A stretch of DNA of 59,312 bases from Seison nebaliae (Eukaryota), in contig JALJEE010001228.1 in the NCBI GenBank assembly GCA_023231475.1, positions 62,001-121,312 of the forward strand. The letters run 5' to 3'. Made by a program: the position numbers and the translations under genes. Under the pieces are notes generated by a model that was given only the letters and a program-made list of their open reading frames with translations, made no database searches and was not told where the DNA came from. Shown here piece after piece: positions 13,261 to 29,975 of this stretch; within the stretch, counting starts at the first letter, position 1; each line of letters begins with the position of its first letter.

Positions 13261-15329
13261 TGGGTTGTTGCCTTTCCGATCTGTTCCGTCCTCACAAACT
13301 CATTTGCCGAAGAAGAATGATGAGTGGGACGTGTGAGTTTAAAGAATTTGTGAGTCTGCTATAAAATGCCCTCTATGATGGAGAAATATTAATTAGAAGT
13401 AATAAAAGAAGAAATTGATTTTCTCCTATAAAAATAATCGATTAATTTTTGGAAGACTCATAAGAAAATGGAGGAGGGAAATCTGAAGAAAGTTGAGAAT
13501 GCACAATAATCCATTGGAGGTAGGGAAATGATGAAGAGAAAAGACGAAATAAGAAACAACTGCTTTCAGTCGGAAATTGATTGGAAAGATTCCATAAAAG
13601 AACTACTATATTACTCTCCCCCCGTTTCTATCAGTCTTTTTCTTCCAATAATTTCCGATGAGTTAAAGTGAATAATAAAATAGATGAAGGTGTGCAGTAT
13701 TGAGCGCAGTCTTCATAAATTATTAACAGCATTGATTGTATTGGAGAGATGTTGTTCGATCTACCTTTGAGCGATGTACGTCCGTTCATCGGTAATGAAG
13801 GATACCATTTTGGCAATGATTAAAATGTAACAAACCGATTATTAATTTTTTGGCATTTATCGAATAAACAATTTCTTTTCTTCCAGTCTCATCATCAACT
13901 CCCACTACCAATACCGAACTATTCTAAAATTTATGAAAAAGAAATTTTCGTCTTATCCCCCTCACTCAATTCCTCCATGAGACATAGTGATGGATTGTTG
14001 GTTAGAGAAATGATGATGAATCTGATTTGTCTCGTCGCGCTAACGTTAAAATGAGAGAAGGGAAGGAACTCCAAATCGGACCCAAACACACAAATATATA
14101 CAACCGAACACACAATCGAAGTTCAAAGTCACAAAAAATAGATTTCTATACCCTACTCAACTGAACTATAAACGACGTTGTGCCTCTCCCATTCGTCATG
14201 TTATGGAAGAAAAAGAAGAAGTGAAGAAAAGCAAGTTGTTGTTGACGATAATGAGGGATAGATGATGATGATGATAATAATAAAGAAGGAATTATATTAG
14301 TCATAAACTTGATGGTGATGTATAGGGATGAGGATTGATAGGAAAAGAAAATAAAAGGAGAAAGTAGGTGGAGAAGGAATGGAGATAGCACTGATCTGTA
14401 TCACATCATTTAATTGTAATTTCGGGAACTTCTTCTTTTTGTTTATAGTTCATATCAATCATTATTCACAGACGCTCGTTTTCAAATCATGAGGTTTTCT
14501 CATTATTAATTTTGATTTGCTTCCTACGGGAGACACATCCGAACATTTAATACAAGAATTATCCAGTTGGGTTGTCCATTCGGACTGATGTCATTCTCTG
14601 GAAAATTTATGTCGTTTTTATATGTAAACAACAAGATTAGTAAATAGTCTATCATTATAATCAATCTCATTATGACTATTACCATCAAGAAATTAATGTT
14701 CGAATCTTCATCAATCTCATGTGTCTCATTGGAGAATGATCATCATTTCCAATGAACTAACTACTATTAACACCTTATCAATTGATACGTATTCGATTTC
14801 TAAACTGACTTCACATTCTTATTGCCACAACAAATTCTTCTTAAACTAACAGCCAGTTAATGGTGATCTTCATGAGGGAGAACTTGATCGATTGATTGGC
14901 AATTTCGTTAGAAAAATAAATCGATAAACAAATGTCAATTTCGTAGTGGAGAATATTTCTTGGAATTTTCTTATTCCAACATTTTGTTTATCACATCCAC
15001 TTCTCATACTTGCACAATCCAGATGATTGGATTGTAAATGGAAATTCATTTCTAACGTTAAGTCCATTCGAAAAGATGGAGAAGAAAATATTAAATTTTC
15101 ATTATCAGTTAAATTCTTCTCACTAACAATTCGCCTCCTCTTACTTAATCATCAACAGAATTATGACTGGCACACGATGGCACGTTATTCCAGACATTCT
15201 TATTATTTTTTTCCTTTTCTTCGTCCACTCCCAAACTAGGAAATGTTCTCGGATTGACTGTTTATGTTTTTTGAATTAGATCGAATTAAAGTTTCTTTGG
15301 TGTGGCGAACTCCGTCTACCAATGCAACT

Positions 15330-15840
15330 GTTTTTCATACCGCTACCATTCATTGAAGAATTCGCTTTCCCATCTCGGCATGAATTCGAAAATGGTCAGA
15401 TATACGGAAGATGTTAATTGTTGACCTCGATGAATGCGGTGAAAGTTTTGTCTTCATTTTGTTTATTTACTTATCAGCGGCATAATCAACAAAGATTAAC
15501 ATTTTCCCCAATAAACAGTTAGGAAAGAATCACCTGTTGCTTATTCACATCAAAAACTCCTCCCCGACTTCCCTCATCATATTTGGCGCATTATTGTTAT
15601 CAAATCGAACGTTGGAGTTGAATGTCATTCTAACTTCATTTCCATTACTACTTCTAGAGAACTTATTCAATTCCATCTATAAACTTAACTGTTTCTTTAT
15701 GAAAAGTATTCTTTATTGGAAATGGCGTCGCCTTCAATCTTAACACATGGTTAACAGATCTTCTGCTAATTCTGCTGTGCTGATGTTCCGCTCAATTACA
15801 ATTAGTCCAAACTGAAGTTCCCAGTCAACAGGAAAGAAAC
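15330..15840 (-). mobile_element. Decayed hAT transposase relic
   Basis: Collinear minus-strand motif remnants with stops and frameshifts: FFPVDWELQFGLIVIERNISTAELAEDL (HF.D.W.L...HTAE.LA), NNAPNM (TDNA.NM) and PRWES.F (TRWNS.F). Confidence 0.55.
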
Positions 15841-18800
15841 TTTCGAAAAAATATTATAAAATAATTATTTGTTCCTGATATTTCCCATCTCTATTGTTCT
15901 CCGAACTGTAGTAAGAACTTTAGAAATTCTTTAGGAATTAAAACTCCACATCTTTGTTCGTTTTATCCGAGTTTCGGATGTTAAAGATCAAAAGCAAAAC
16001 TATCAAATTAATTAATTCAATTAACAATTTATTATATGTCATATGATATTTCTTAAATTATTTATTTCAATTTATTTTAAAAATTAAAATTCAATTAAAC
16101 ACTTTATTAATTTTACAATACAAATTTCTTACCGACATTGCTAGTATCGAAGAAATTTTTGACAGTTTTAAAATATAATTCGCATTTTTTTTCGAATAAA
16201 ATATTTGTTTTAACTTAATTTAGTTTCATTATCTCTGAAGCTTAAAATGATAACGTTGGTTTGTTCTATTATTATTTTCTGAATACGAGGAATAAAACCA
16301 TTGACTCTTCTTTCTCAATTTATATCTTAAACTGAAAAATTTGGTTAGCGTAACTAATTGAGTTGATTGATCACAAAATTAATTTTTGATAAAAATTGAT
16401 GTTTATGAAAATTATTTACGATAATTTTTATGATGAATTATAAAATTAACATTTTTGATGTTTAGATATTGACAATTGGATAGTCGCGTTAAATCGTATA
16501 AACAGGAATGTATTCAGTTTGGGAAGATTATGATGTGGTAATGGAAGTTGTTAAGAAGTGGATTTAAGAAGAAATCATAAAATTACTTATCTCCTTAATG
16601 GAAGTTTTACCCAAATAATACGTATGATTAAATATCTTTCTCATTGCATGTACAGATGAAGACAGAAGAAATTTCTTGAAAGAATTGTTTAAATAATTTA
16701 GCAAAGATTCCTTTCAGAAGAATATTGATGCAACTTAAGTAATGCATTCAATTCATTAATATACAAGTAGTTTGAGAAAGTTTTCTTTAAGAATTTGTTG
16801 ATAAATTCCTGAAAAAAAGTTCAATGAAGTAATTTTACAAATACTTTTAAGGATCGGATAATTTCGTTAGATTAGATGAAGACCTGGGCAATGTCTTTTC
16901 TCATTAATTTCATATGTATTATTTTATTCTTCGGAGTGAAATCGATAAGATTATGGAAATTTAATATGCAGATATCAAGATTTCTCAAATGTTCTCACGT
17001 TTCTAAAGTAGATTAGTAATTGATGTAAAAATTTATTTATGTTTGCACGAATGTGTGAGAAAAGCAACCGTTCTGTTTTCTTATCCACCATATTCAATTT
17101 ATTAGAATTTTGTTTCAATAAGTTAATGTTAATCGAAGAACTTACAAAAAAATCTCATGAGAATAATGAGTCTATTTATTTCCTACGTAAGCATCTTAAG
17201 TATGTTAGAATCGTTCGGATTGTAAACATTTTCCGCCCATAAACATATCTATCTGTACTTGATGTGGCTTTCAAAAAAGTTTCATAAAATAAATATGAAA
17301 TTATATTCCCATAAACTTCTTCTCCCTTACTTGCCAATTAGTTTCGAAAGTAGTTTTAATATATTTAGTTTTTCGAAAATAAAATTTTCAAATTCTCTGA
17401 AAAATCGAAAGTTGTATAAGTATTAGATTTGCGTCCGTAGCAATGTAATTTTAATAATATTCATCGTATTATATCTCATAATGGGAAATGATAGTTTTTA
17501 GTCGGTATTTCATTTTGTTTGAGATTATCTAAATTGGAATTAAAATGAAATTTCAAACAGATAATGATGGAGCTAAGTGTAGAATAGTGAGAAGCAAATT
17601 TGAATGATTTGAGTAAGTGTAGAAACATGGTAGATTGATTATGTCCGTTCGTTCTGGTAGATGTCGCTTTGTACTTATGCAGAAGAATTAGTTCATGTTC
17701 ATGTAATCTTAAATGGAAGGAGAATAATAAGAGAAATAGTAAGTTGAATTGAAAACATTAATTGTATTGATAAGAATTTGCATAAGATCCAATATGTCTA
17801 TGGGAAGGTGATAAGAAGAAGTTTGATGTTTGCATATTGTGTTTTATGAAGAAATATTCATGCAGTTAATATTTTCGTTTTGTGTTCAAATGAATAAAAT
17901 TATGAATGATATTACATGAAGAGATCGAGAGAAATAGATGGCAATTCTCCTCATAAGATCGCGTATCGATTTCGCATAAAGAGTTTGTTAGTTTAATTCA
18001 ATAACTAATCTAACCGAATTGGAAGTTAAAAGAAGAAATGTAAAGATTAGCTACGATAATGAAATAGAATAGAGTTTCGAAGAAATTTCTCTATAAATAT
18101 TTATAAGAAAACTTTTCCTTTTCCTTCTATTCGGCCATGTTTGATTTGTCGCGAGGCATAACCTACTGTCCATCATTCGATTCTATTAATAAACACAAAA
18201 TTGTCGAAAAATAAATAAACCTCGTTCGAAGGTCTTTCCTTGATATGAACTGGCAATGTGAATATTGATAATCGGAGGAAATGTTGTGTTAAACGAAATT
18301 TTCTTACTTTTACTTCTCCCACTTTTCGTAGCACAGGATTCGTTCATGACCAACTAAGAGATTGGTAGCTATTTCTAATCGTTTTACAAATTCCGTCAGG
18401 AAACCACATGGTCTCCTATTTATCGCATTTTTAATCGATAAATGGTAGGATCTGATATTATTTCATAAGTCTTTTGAGCTGGAACGGACCTTGAATATTA
18501 ATTAATGTCTATTACAGTCTATAAAAATTCTATAAATGTCTATCCAACTAACCTGATATCCACTGATGATATCGATTGATGATTTGATAATTGGAAGAAT
18601 ATGATTGAAATATGACGGGAAAGAATGACCTATCTCTCATAGAACATAACCAATAAAAGTGTTGAATGGAAGAATTGTTGAAAGTGGGAAGTATGTGGAG
18701 AACAGTTTCCTGTAACGATCCTCATATTTGATGAATGGCGTAATAGTATTTGCATCTTGCATATCTCCTACATATGTTTGCCAATTTCATTACGATATTG

Positions 18801-21800
18801 TTTATCGTGCCTATGAATGACATGTGTATGAAAGAATTATGTTACATAAATCAATCTGTTGCCGACGATACGTTTCCCATGTGTTATTTCAATCGGAGTT
18901 ATGTAACGATTCTGATGTTTACGTACAGGTTCTCACCATCCGATGATTAAGACAAATGGAGAAGAAGAAGCAACCTTAATTATCATTATTTTCCTCCATT
19001 AATTCATAGTTAAGATTTGAGCAAAAAAAACTTACTAATTTTATAGGCAATATTCTTCACTTCAACAACTGACACGTTAGATCAAATTGATCAAATTGTT
19101 GGCGAAATGAAAGGAGTGTAAGAAAAATATTTTCGTTCAATCATTCTGAAATGAACCTGTGTTTCCCTTGAATCATGATATCGATCCAGTGCGATGTTAG
19201 ACAACTCATCAGTATGATAAGTCGAAAATGTTATAGAGGAGAAATGATTATGAAATAACTTGACGATATTGTAACGTTGTAAAACAAATAAATCTGATCG
19301 ATCATCAAGACGAAATTGCTCTGCTAAATGTTGAAGGACAAAAATATAAATAAGTTTTTTCCGGTGATTATCTGAATTAGTAGAGTTGAAGGAGCTCATT
19401 TTTATATCGTCGATTTTATTATTCTCCGTTTGGAATATGGTAATATTTTTGTTTTAAGTGTAACTGCTTTAACTTCTTAAACCTTTTTCATGTACACTTT
19501 CTTGTCTGTATGTATTGTTCGAGAGGGTTACAATTCAAGTTAGACCTAACTTGTTACACTCATAACATACGATAGGAGGAATGCTTATTGATTCTCGCTG
19601 TAGTCTCTTGTCTTATGGCATTAAGAAATGATTTATCTGAAGTTAAACAGTTATTATCATCAATTCCATCATGACGATTCACATTATGAAGGTAACATCG
19701 ATGTATCAACACTTTCATTTCAACAAATTAGGGCATTCACTTAACTCCATTTCTTAAGAAACTTTCAAATTATAAATTATAATTATATAATTGAGATTAG
19801 AGACATGTAATTCTTAATTAAAGTTCTACTTCGAAATTAATTACAATTTTCTATATCTGTACGAATTAAAAATTTCTGATAATAATCGATATGTCGAATG
19901 TTATTCTCTCCACCAATTTATTCAGTTGACGTAATAAAGAAGAAAAAAATTTGATTAACAATTTCGACAAGATTGGTAGAGAATGTCCTCGAATTTCACA
20001 TCGGAGAACTGAGCGAAAGTGAAGAAGGAGAAAATGTCCTCAAGTTAAGTATCGAATGGGAATATACCTAATAATCGATCATACGGAAGGCGAACTATTT
20101 AGTTGAACAGATGAATCGAATCAGCTCAACCGACATAATATGAAGTATTCGAGTAATGAATGCAATTGGTCATACTACCACCTGAAATATGTCATAGAAA
20201 GGCAAGTAGATAAATGGTTCTCTTCTCCGATTATTTTACTTGGTGTGTCAGGTACTAATCCTATAGTTCCAATGGTAACTTCGTCTGTCTAGATGTATGT
20301 GGAAGTAGGAAGAGGACAGATAGGAAGAATGGGGACGACCTTCCATTCTTATTTATTCTATTCAATTCGATTATGGTAATGAGGAGAATGAGCGAATAAG
20401 GTGAAATAACGATTAGACAAGTGAATGGCCGATTATTATCTGAAATGACATTCAATTATCTCCTAACATATAATTGATTGATGAGCTAACTAGTAGTAGT
20501 GTAGTCGTCTGAGTAGATAAGTATAATTTTTCTATTAAATCTTCTCCTAAATTAGGAAAGTTAAAATTGAATACATTGTATCAGAAGATTCATAGTTCAA
20601 ATAAATCGAATTCGTCTTCTACAATCCATTATCTGGATGAGTTTGAAAGAAGAAAGTTGTAAGTAAAAGAATGCGTGTGAGATGAAGGAATATCCTTATC
20701 ATTTTTCTTCTCACTTCTCCTTTGGAGGATAATGATGATGAATGATGATCCTGGAATTATTCGACAATATCATCTTCGACAACTGTCTCGGATGGGAGAA
20801 AGGATAGTCGACTTAAAGAACCTAATCAACACCAATCATCTCATTGTTTATGGAATTTCATAAAAGAAACATTTTCACATTAGTCAGATGGAGTTTGATT
20901 CAATTGCTACTCCCATTGTAATTCCTTTCCACTCTTTCTTTCATCTTTGTGTTATTCTCACATTCATATTAGATTCTAATCATTTTCTATTATGTTCCAT
21001 TAAACTTACGTAACTGTTTTCGTTTCTCATTGAGAGTTGAGAAGAGAATGAGTATAAATAGAAGAACTGATTCGAGATTAATTTCTGGTGGAATATCTTT
21101 CTTTTTATCTATCTATCTGACTCAATTGGAACAAAAGACGAAAATGTTTTAAAAGAAAATGATATATTGATTTATCGTCGACGAATAATAATAGGAAATG
21201 TATTTTGACAAACATGTCCATATTACTGAAGAATTGATGAAAAGAATGAAGAGGAGAAATGATTTACGTCTCTCAGTGGAAACCCGATTTTTTTAAAAAA
21301 AAAATAAAACTATAATAAATTCTAATATTGATATAATTATAGTGATTCCATTGTTGGGCTATTTGAAAGATTTATTGATGCAAATAATCAATTCTTCAAT
21401 TTCATTAAACGAGGAGAAGAAGAAAAGATGCTTTTTCGTTTCAAGTTGAATTTTCGTAAATTGATGAAACTGAACGGGAAAATCATCCGAATACATATAA
21501 TTTCCATATAATTGTTACAATTGTTTTTTGAGATTGCTTTTACGTAACGTGATACATTGGAGTGAATGGGGGGAAGAAAGCGGACACTCATTAATTAGGG
21601 TGATCGAGGAAGGATTTCTTCTGAAATTTAATTTAATTATAAAAATTTATTGTTGATGTGATATTGGGGAGGAATGTATGAAAGAGAAATAATTTATGAT
21701 TAATGTGGAAATGAAAAGAACACTAATTACAATTCATTCGTTATTCTTTCGATATTTGTTGTTCTTGTTCATATGATAATCATCTAATCGTCGATATGAA

Positions 21801-24512
21801 TTAAGTGAAAATAAATGTATTCTATTCTTTGAACGAGAATAACGTTCCTATCTCACGAATTGATGGGAGATAATAGAAATAGAAATGGATAAATTGTCGC
21901 TCCACAATCACTGCAATGGAGGCAAGGACGGGAGGGACTGGGTTGAATATGAAAATGTTTGGGTATAAATTGAATTATTTCTTATCTCATTTATCCTTTA
22001 AACAAACTGATGAGTAGTAATGGAATGGAATATACAGTTCATGTTTTCTCTTAATTTTCATCTCAATTATCCATTGACGGTTCCGCATTATCGCCTACCA
22101 TTCTGGACTAACTTGCTCTTTAATAATTGAACGATTGTTTCTCCAATTCGACACAATGATGATTATGTACAGATCAATGGTGGAAGAGTAGTCTCATTCC
22201 TCGGACGAATGTGAAGTGTATGATAAATGTTTCGTGAAGTTATTGACATGAAGGAGAATTGTTAACAAAACGGAAATTGAGGAAGACCGAACAAAAAGTA
22301 AACGTCCAACGGTTCTTTCTTGCTAGTGGAATTGTCAAGTAAATAATAATAGAAGATATGAGGAGTGTTTATTAGAATGAGAAAGTGGATAATGAGGGAG
22401 GGGAGGGGTGAGGTTGAACGTAAACAATGAGCTTGACCGAATGAGTGTTAAGAAATAGTTTTCCAGGAAGATTTGAGCAAATGGTGAGAATGAATAATAA
22501 TAATAATAATAATATGACTAAAGATAATAATGGGGAGGATAAGTAATATTTGGAGAGAAGTGATATTCGTCATAATCGTCATCAGTAGCAAGATAGTGAG
22601 AAGTAACTAATTCATATGATTTATTGTATAATTCATGTAAATTAATAATTAAATGGGGGGAGGAAAATAATTATATATTTCACATTTTTTGGATAAATGT
22701 TATGCAGATATGGATATGTCTTCCCGCAGTCATCGCACATACACATGCGGACAGGAATGCCGATGCCGTTTGTTCGATGAGCAGCGGATACATCCGCATA
22801 AGGGAACGATAGAATGTTACGTTCGGATGCGTGTACTTTGTGGATGTGAAGAGTGGATATTGGGGTGTATGTGTGTGTGTGCGCGTGCGTGTGTATGTGT
22901 GATGGATGTGAATATAGATACATGGAAGAACAGGAGAACAACAGGCGGAATGTCAATATGGCAATAGAATGGCAATGTAACGTATAGTGAGAGTATGTGC
23001 AATACTTGGAAATTTAGATGAGATTCGTCAACGAACAAATTAATAGTATATAAATACATATAATGTAAGAGATGAAACAATATCCGATATGACGATAATG
23101 AGAAGTTACGGCGACGCGCTCTTTCGCCAATTAGAATAGTAGAGAATGGAATTTGTGAACAGTTGAAATGTATTTAGACTAATCAAAAGAGTAAAGTATA
23201 AATGAAATTAGATGTATAATGTTTTCTTATCTAGAAATTTCCTAGAAATATTTATGCAAAGAAATTAAATGTATTAGTCAAAGCATAATGTTGTATTTAC
23301 TTTAATTTATTTTTATATTCATCAATTCTTCACTTATGCTCCTCTCGTTCGTCCGTAGTCAATGGGCTCAGTGCTTAATGCAAAAATGAATGAACTGATA
23401 GCGTTCTCTCTTATCATCAGACGATTGCAATGTGCATTCATGAAAACATAAATGGAATGAGTAGAAGCAAACTTTCTTCCTCCTATTCTCTGATTAGAAG
23501 TTGATGCCGCCGTTATTGTTAGTCTTGTGATGGAGAAGCTGAAGTTGATTGTTATTATTGTTATTATCGAAATTAGACGATGTCCCGTCATCAATTTGTA
23601 TTGTCGAACGATTTCCTTCTACCTTCTTCTTCTTCTTTTTCATCATCAATACATCGATTATTTGCCCTTCCAGCAATGCCGTGCTCAATGATGCTCTAAT
23701 CGATTATGCATAGCGAAGATGAAAAGTTAATTGAAATGAATGTAATGTAAGTTGAAGGATGCATATTTTATGTTGCCTCTCCAGTCTTTCCTGATCTTTT
23801 TCCATTACCATTTCTAGTTTTCGTTTTGTTGAAACTTTTTAAAGTTTCTCTGAGAATTGATTATATCATACTATCATCGATTAACTGTTCCCTCAGTTTC
23901 CATCATCAATATTCCCCCAACTCCACCCGCTGCTCCTCTTGCTATTCTCATTAGCATTCTTCTCCCACTACAATCTTTTTCTTCCAGCTGAACATTCTTC
24001 TTCACGTAAACTACTTCATGCAAACATCAGAAACATAAGTTCTTCTCACTCTAAGTATCATTAGTCTTTATCAGTCTTACCTTCCCAACATCATTCTCAC
24101 ATGGTGATGACGGAAAATAAAATTTAAAAATTACCAGAAACTCTAGTTGATGGAAAATTCGGAGATGCATCCATCCATTCGAAAAGAGACTCAGAACGAA
24201 AACTGGAAATATTTCTACAAATAAAACGTCGAAAGAATCAGTTGATGTTGTTATCATATTCCTCGATCTTATCACTATCAAATGCATTATTGTTTATGAC
24301 AGAAAGTGACATGAGAGCTATTCCATTTTATTTTTCTTACTCTTCTTATATAATCCTGTTGATTGACTGACTAATAGTGAATTAATCATCAAATCGACAA
24401 ACTTCCTCAAATCATGATTCACTATCAAACTGAATCTGTTGGTCCTTCTATCCCATCATCGAAACATCATTGCGGCCTTAGCACAACGAAATGTAAATTC
24501 AAAATTTTGGAA

Positions 24513-27389
<2,877 letters not shown>

Positions 27390-27757
27390 TGATATTTGAG
27401 ATCATTGAGATCTTCGACAATTCGAATAAATTCTCCATTTTCTTTCCTATTCACAATCCTTTTTTAACTATCGTCCTCCTCTTTATTCTCTTCTATTCCT
27501 CCTTCATCCTTTTTTCCATTATTCTATCGGAAAAAAAGAACCAACATCTGTACAATCCATTATGGTTTCGATTTAATTTAATTGTCAATCATTTCCGAAA
27601 CTATCGTAGTGGTAATGTTCTTCCACATTACATTTTACCACCACATACTCCTCTTCATTTATAACACACACAATAACATGAAATTGTAATTAGCTTAATA
27701 AAGTCGACCCGATTCGTCACCATCTAATTTTAACATAACTTTTCTTCCTTCATCTAG

Positions 27758-27876
27758 ATTTCCTCTATCGACCGAAAGTGTACAATCTACGTCGCCAATC
27801 GACAGCGCCAATACAATTGCCAGTACTCTCGTTAATACTGACCACAACTCTATTTACAATTCTACTTCACCAATGA
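27758..27876 (+). CDS. ace: Alternative terminal exon of the cholinesterase encoding a GPI-signal-like (H-type) tail
   Basis: CTAAT, a pyrimidine tract and TAG acceptor at 27755-27757. Phase 1 matches the donor at 26847. Encodes NFLYRPKVYNLRRQSTAPIQLPVLSLILTTTLFTILLHQ*. Confidence 0.65.
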
Positions 27877-28327
27877 AACAAATGATGTTTGAATGAATTC
27901 AAAGTTATGTGGAAAAGTTGAACTCTTCAAAAATATCAAATTGAACCGTCCGATAGATTTTATTTCTTTGGTAACGTAAACTTTCTTCCGCTAACACATG
28001 AACACACAATTAACTTTCTTTTCTCGTATTTATATATTTCCTTCATATTTCTCACGAAACTGAATGTACATAAATCGTCATTGCAGGAATTTCACTTTCT
28101 TCATTAATTTTTATAGCGTTTCCTATTCAATTTCTTATTCAATTCTCAAATAGTATATGAAATCTTTACCCTTTCAAATCTCTCTCTTTCTTTCTTTCTT
28201 TCATCTAATTCATTTCCATTTCGTTCACATGGAAACGGGATAAGGAGAAGAAGGTCGCTTATGTGCTCCTCTCCAGAAATCACGTCGATTGTCCATTCTC
28301 CTCTTTTGTTTCTTTGTCCGCCCTCCA

Positions 28328-29975
28328 ATGGGTATCGATTTGAAAAAACTTGGTAAAAGTTGTCATCCTCGACTCATCGAAACACCGAAAAGAAATGAAG
28401 AAGAAAGGAAGACTTTGGTTAATTTTAAACAATTTGATTCATTTACTTTTCTTTATTTTCGATTTGACCTCTCTACGACTCCCTCATCATGTTTCGCATG
28501 AATCCCACTCACTTCATATCTCTCAAGCAGAAAGTGATTATTCATTTTTCCCTCAATCTTCTCAATTAGATGTAACTTGCATATTCTTTCTAATTTCCGT
28601 TCTTCACTAATTTCCACTCTCCTCCCTAGTACAATGAAATACTTCGATTGATCGAAGAAGGTCAAACATTAAAATTGATGGGAAAGTTGGATAAGGAAGA
28701 TATTGAACAATTACAGAAAGAAGTTGGACAAATCTCTCTATATCCATCAATTCTTGTGAAATGTTTAGGACAAACCATTTCTGATTTATGCCATCGAGAA
28801 ACAAAGTGGAAATGCCGTTAAATATTTACTTGATCGAAATATCATTTTGGAGAAGAAGTGGCTCGTTATAAATCACATTTCTATTTCGAAATTATTCGAA
28901 TTTCATTATTTTAGGGAGAGAATTGGCCAGTACCAAAATCAGCTTATGAATACGCCATGGAATTAGGAGATCGAGATATGATTAATTTAGTTGAAACTCG
29001 TGGAAGAGACGTTAAATTCATTTAAATCACATTCTCAATTCACACACAAATTAGGAAATTGACGTGGATTGGAGAAGAACTTTGGGTACTGGCAAAATTG
29101 AATTGGTGGTCGAATGGTTATTGTCACATCAGCTGAATCCATTAGACCGACAACAAATTGTTATTCTACTCTCTTAATCATCTTTAACAAAGTAATTATA
29201 TAATAATAATATAAACAAGTTGAATTCAGGTTTCTTCTTTCTCGTTCAACGAGGAATGATACAAATGGTTGATAATTTCCTTTCGGCATTTCCTTTAAAT
29301 ATCGAAATGAGAAATGAAAAAGTTCTTTAATTTAAATCTCTCTTTGTTATCTTCACATTCCATTTTCCATCACTTTAGGCTAATACACCGTTACATGAAG
29401 CTATTGCTAGAGGTAATACAAATACAGCTCAATTTCTGATATTTCGAGGGGCTGATATTCATGCGTTGGGAGAATATGGAACTCCAATCATCACAACTGT
29501 ACATTACGACGGAGTGTCAGAAGATATAACTCGATTATTATTAGACAAAGGAGCCGACATATCAGTTCGTCATCGAGATTATGTTCATTCAAATTATTTT
29601 ATAACTGACAACTGTATTATTATTGAAGCCGAATTTAAGTTTAAGAGAATATTGTGTAGAGAATAATCGTGTGAAAATGAAACAAATAATTGACGACTAC
29701 ATTATCAAGTTGGTGTCAGAAGGTAAATTAGGAAAGTTGGAATATCTCGCTGCCAACGGTTACAAACAATTGAATGTGAAGAGTAAGGTGTCTTTATTTA
29801 TTTGTGAAAAAAAAACTCAACATTTTTATGGGGAATTATTTAGTTGCGTAGAACGAGTCGAGATTTGGCAGTTGAGAGGAATCAACCGAAAATTGTGAAA
29901 TTGCTAGATACGTTGGCAATGGAGGAGGAAGTGAACAAGACGAAGATGAATTACGGGAAACGATATCTTCAATAG
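28328..29975 (+). CDS. Ankyrin-repeat protein, multi-exon
   Basis: NTPLHEAIARGNTNTAQFLIFRGADIHA, GTPIIT...ITRLLLDKGADI, RTSRDLAVERNQPKIVKLL. TAG at 29973-29975. Confidence 0.75.

Noticed and set aside
13860..14935. Forkhead-site (RYAAAYA) cluster suggesting FoxF autoregulation
   Set aside because: Such AT-rich 7-mers are expected by chance at this base composition.
19091..19399. 102-aa ORF in the FoxF upstream tract
   Set aside because: No recognisable motif or exon partners; likely a decayed fragment or chance ORF.
22624..23080. Cluster of overlapping short ORFs on both strands
   Set aside because: A by-product of stop-poor CA/TG low-complexity sequence; no protein features.
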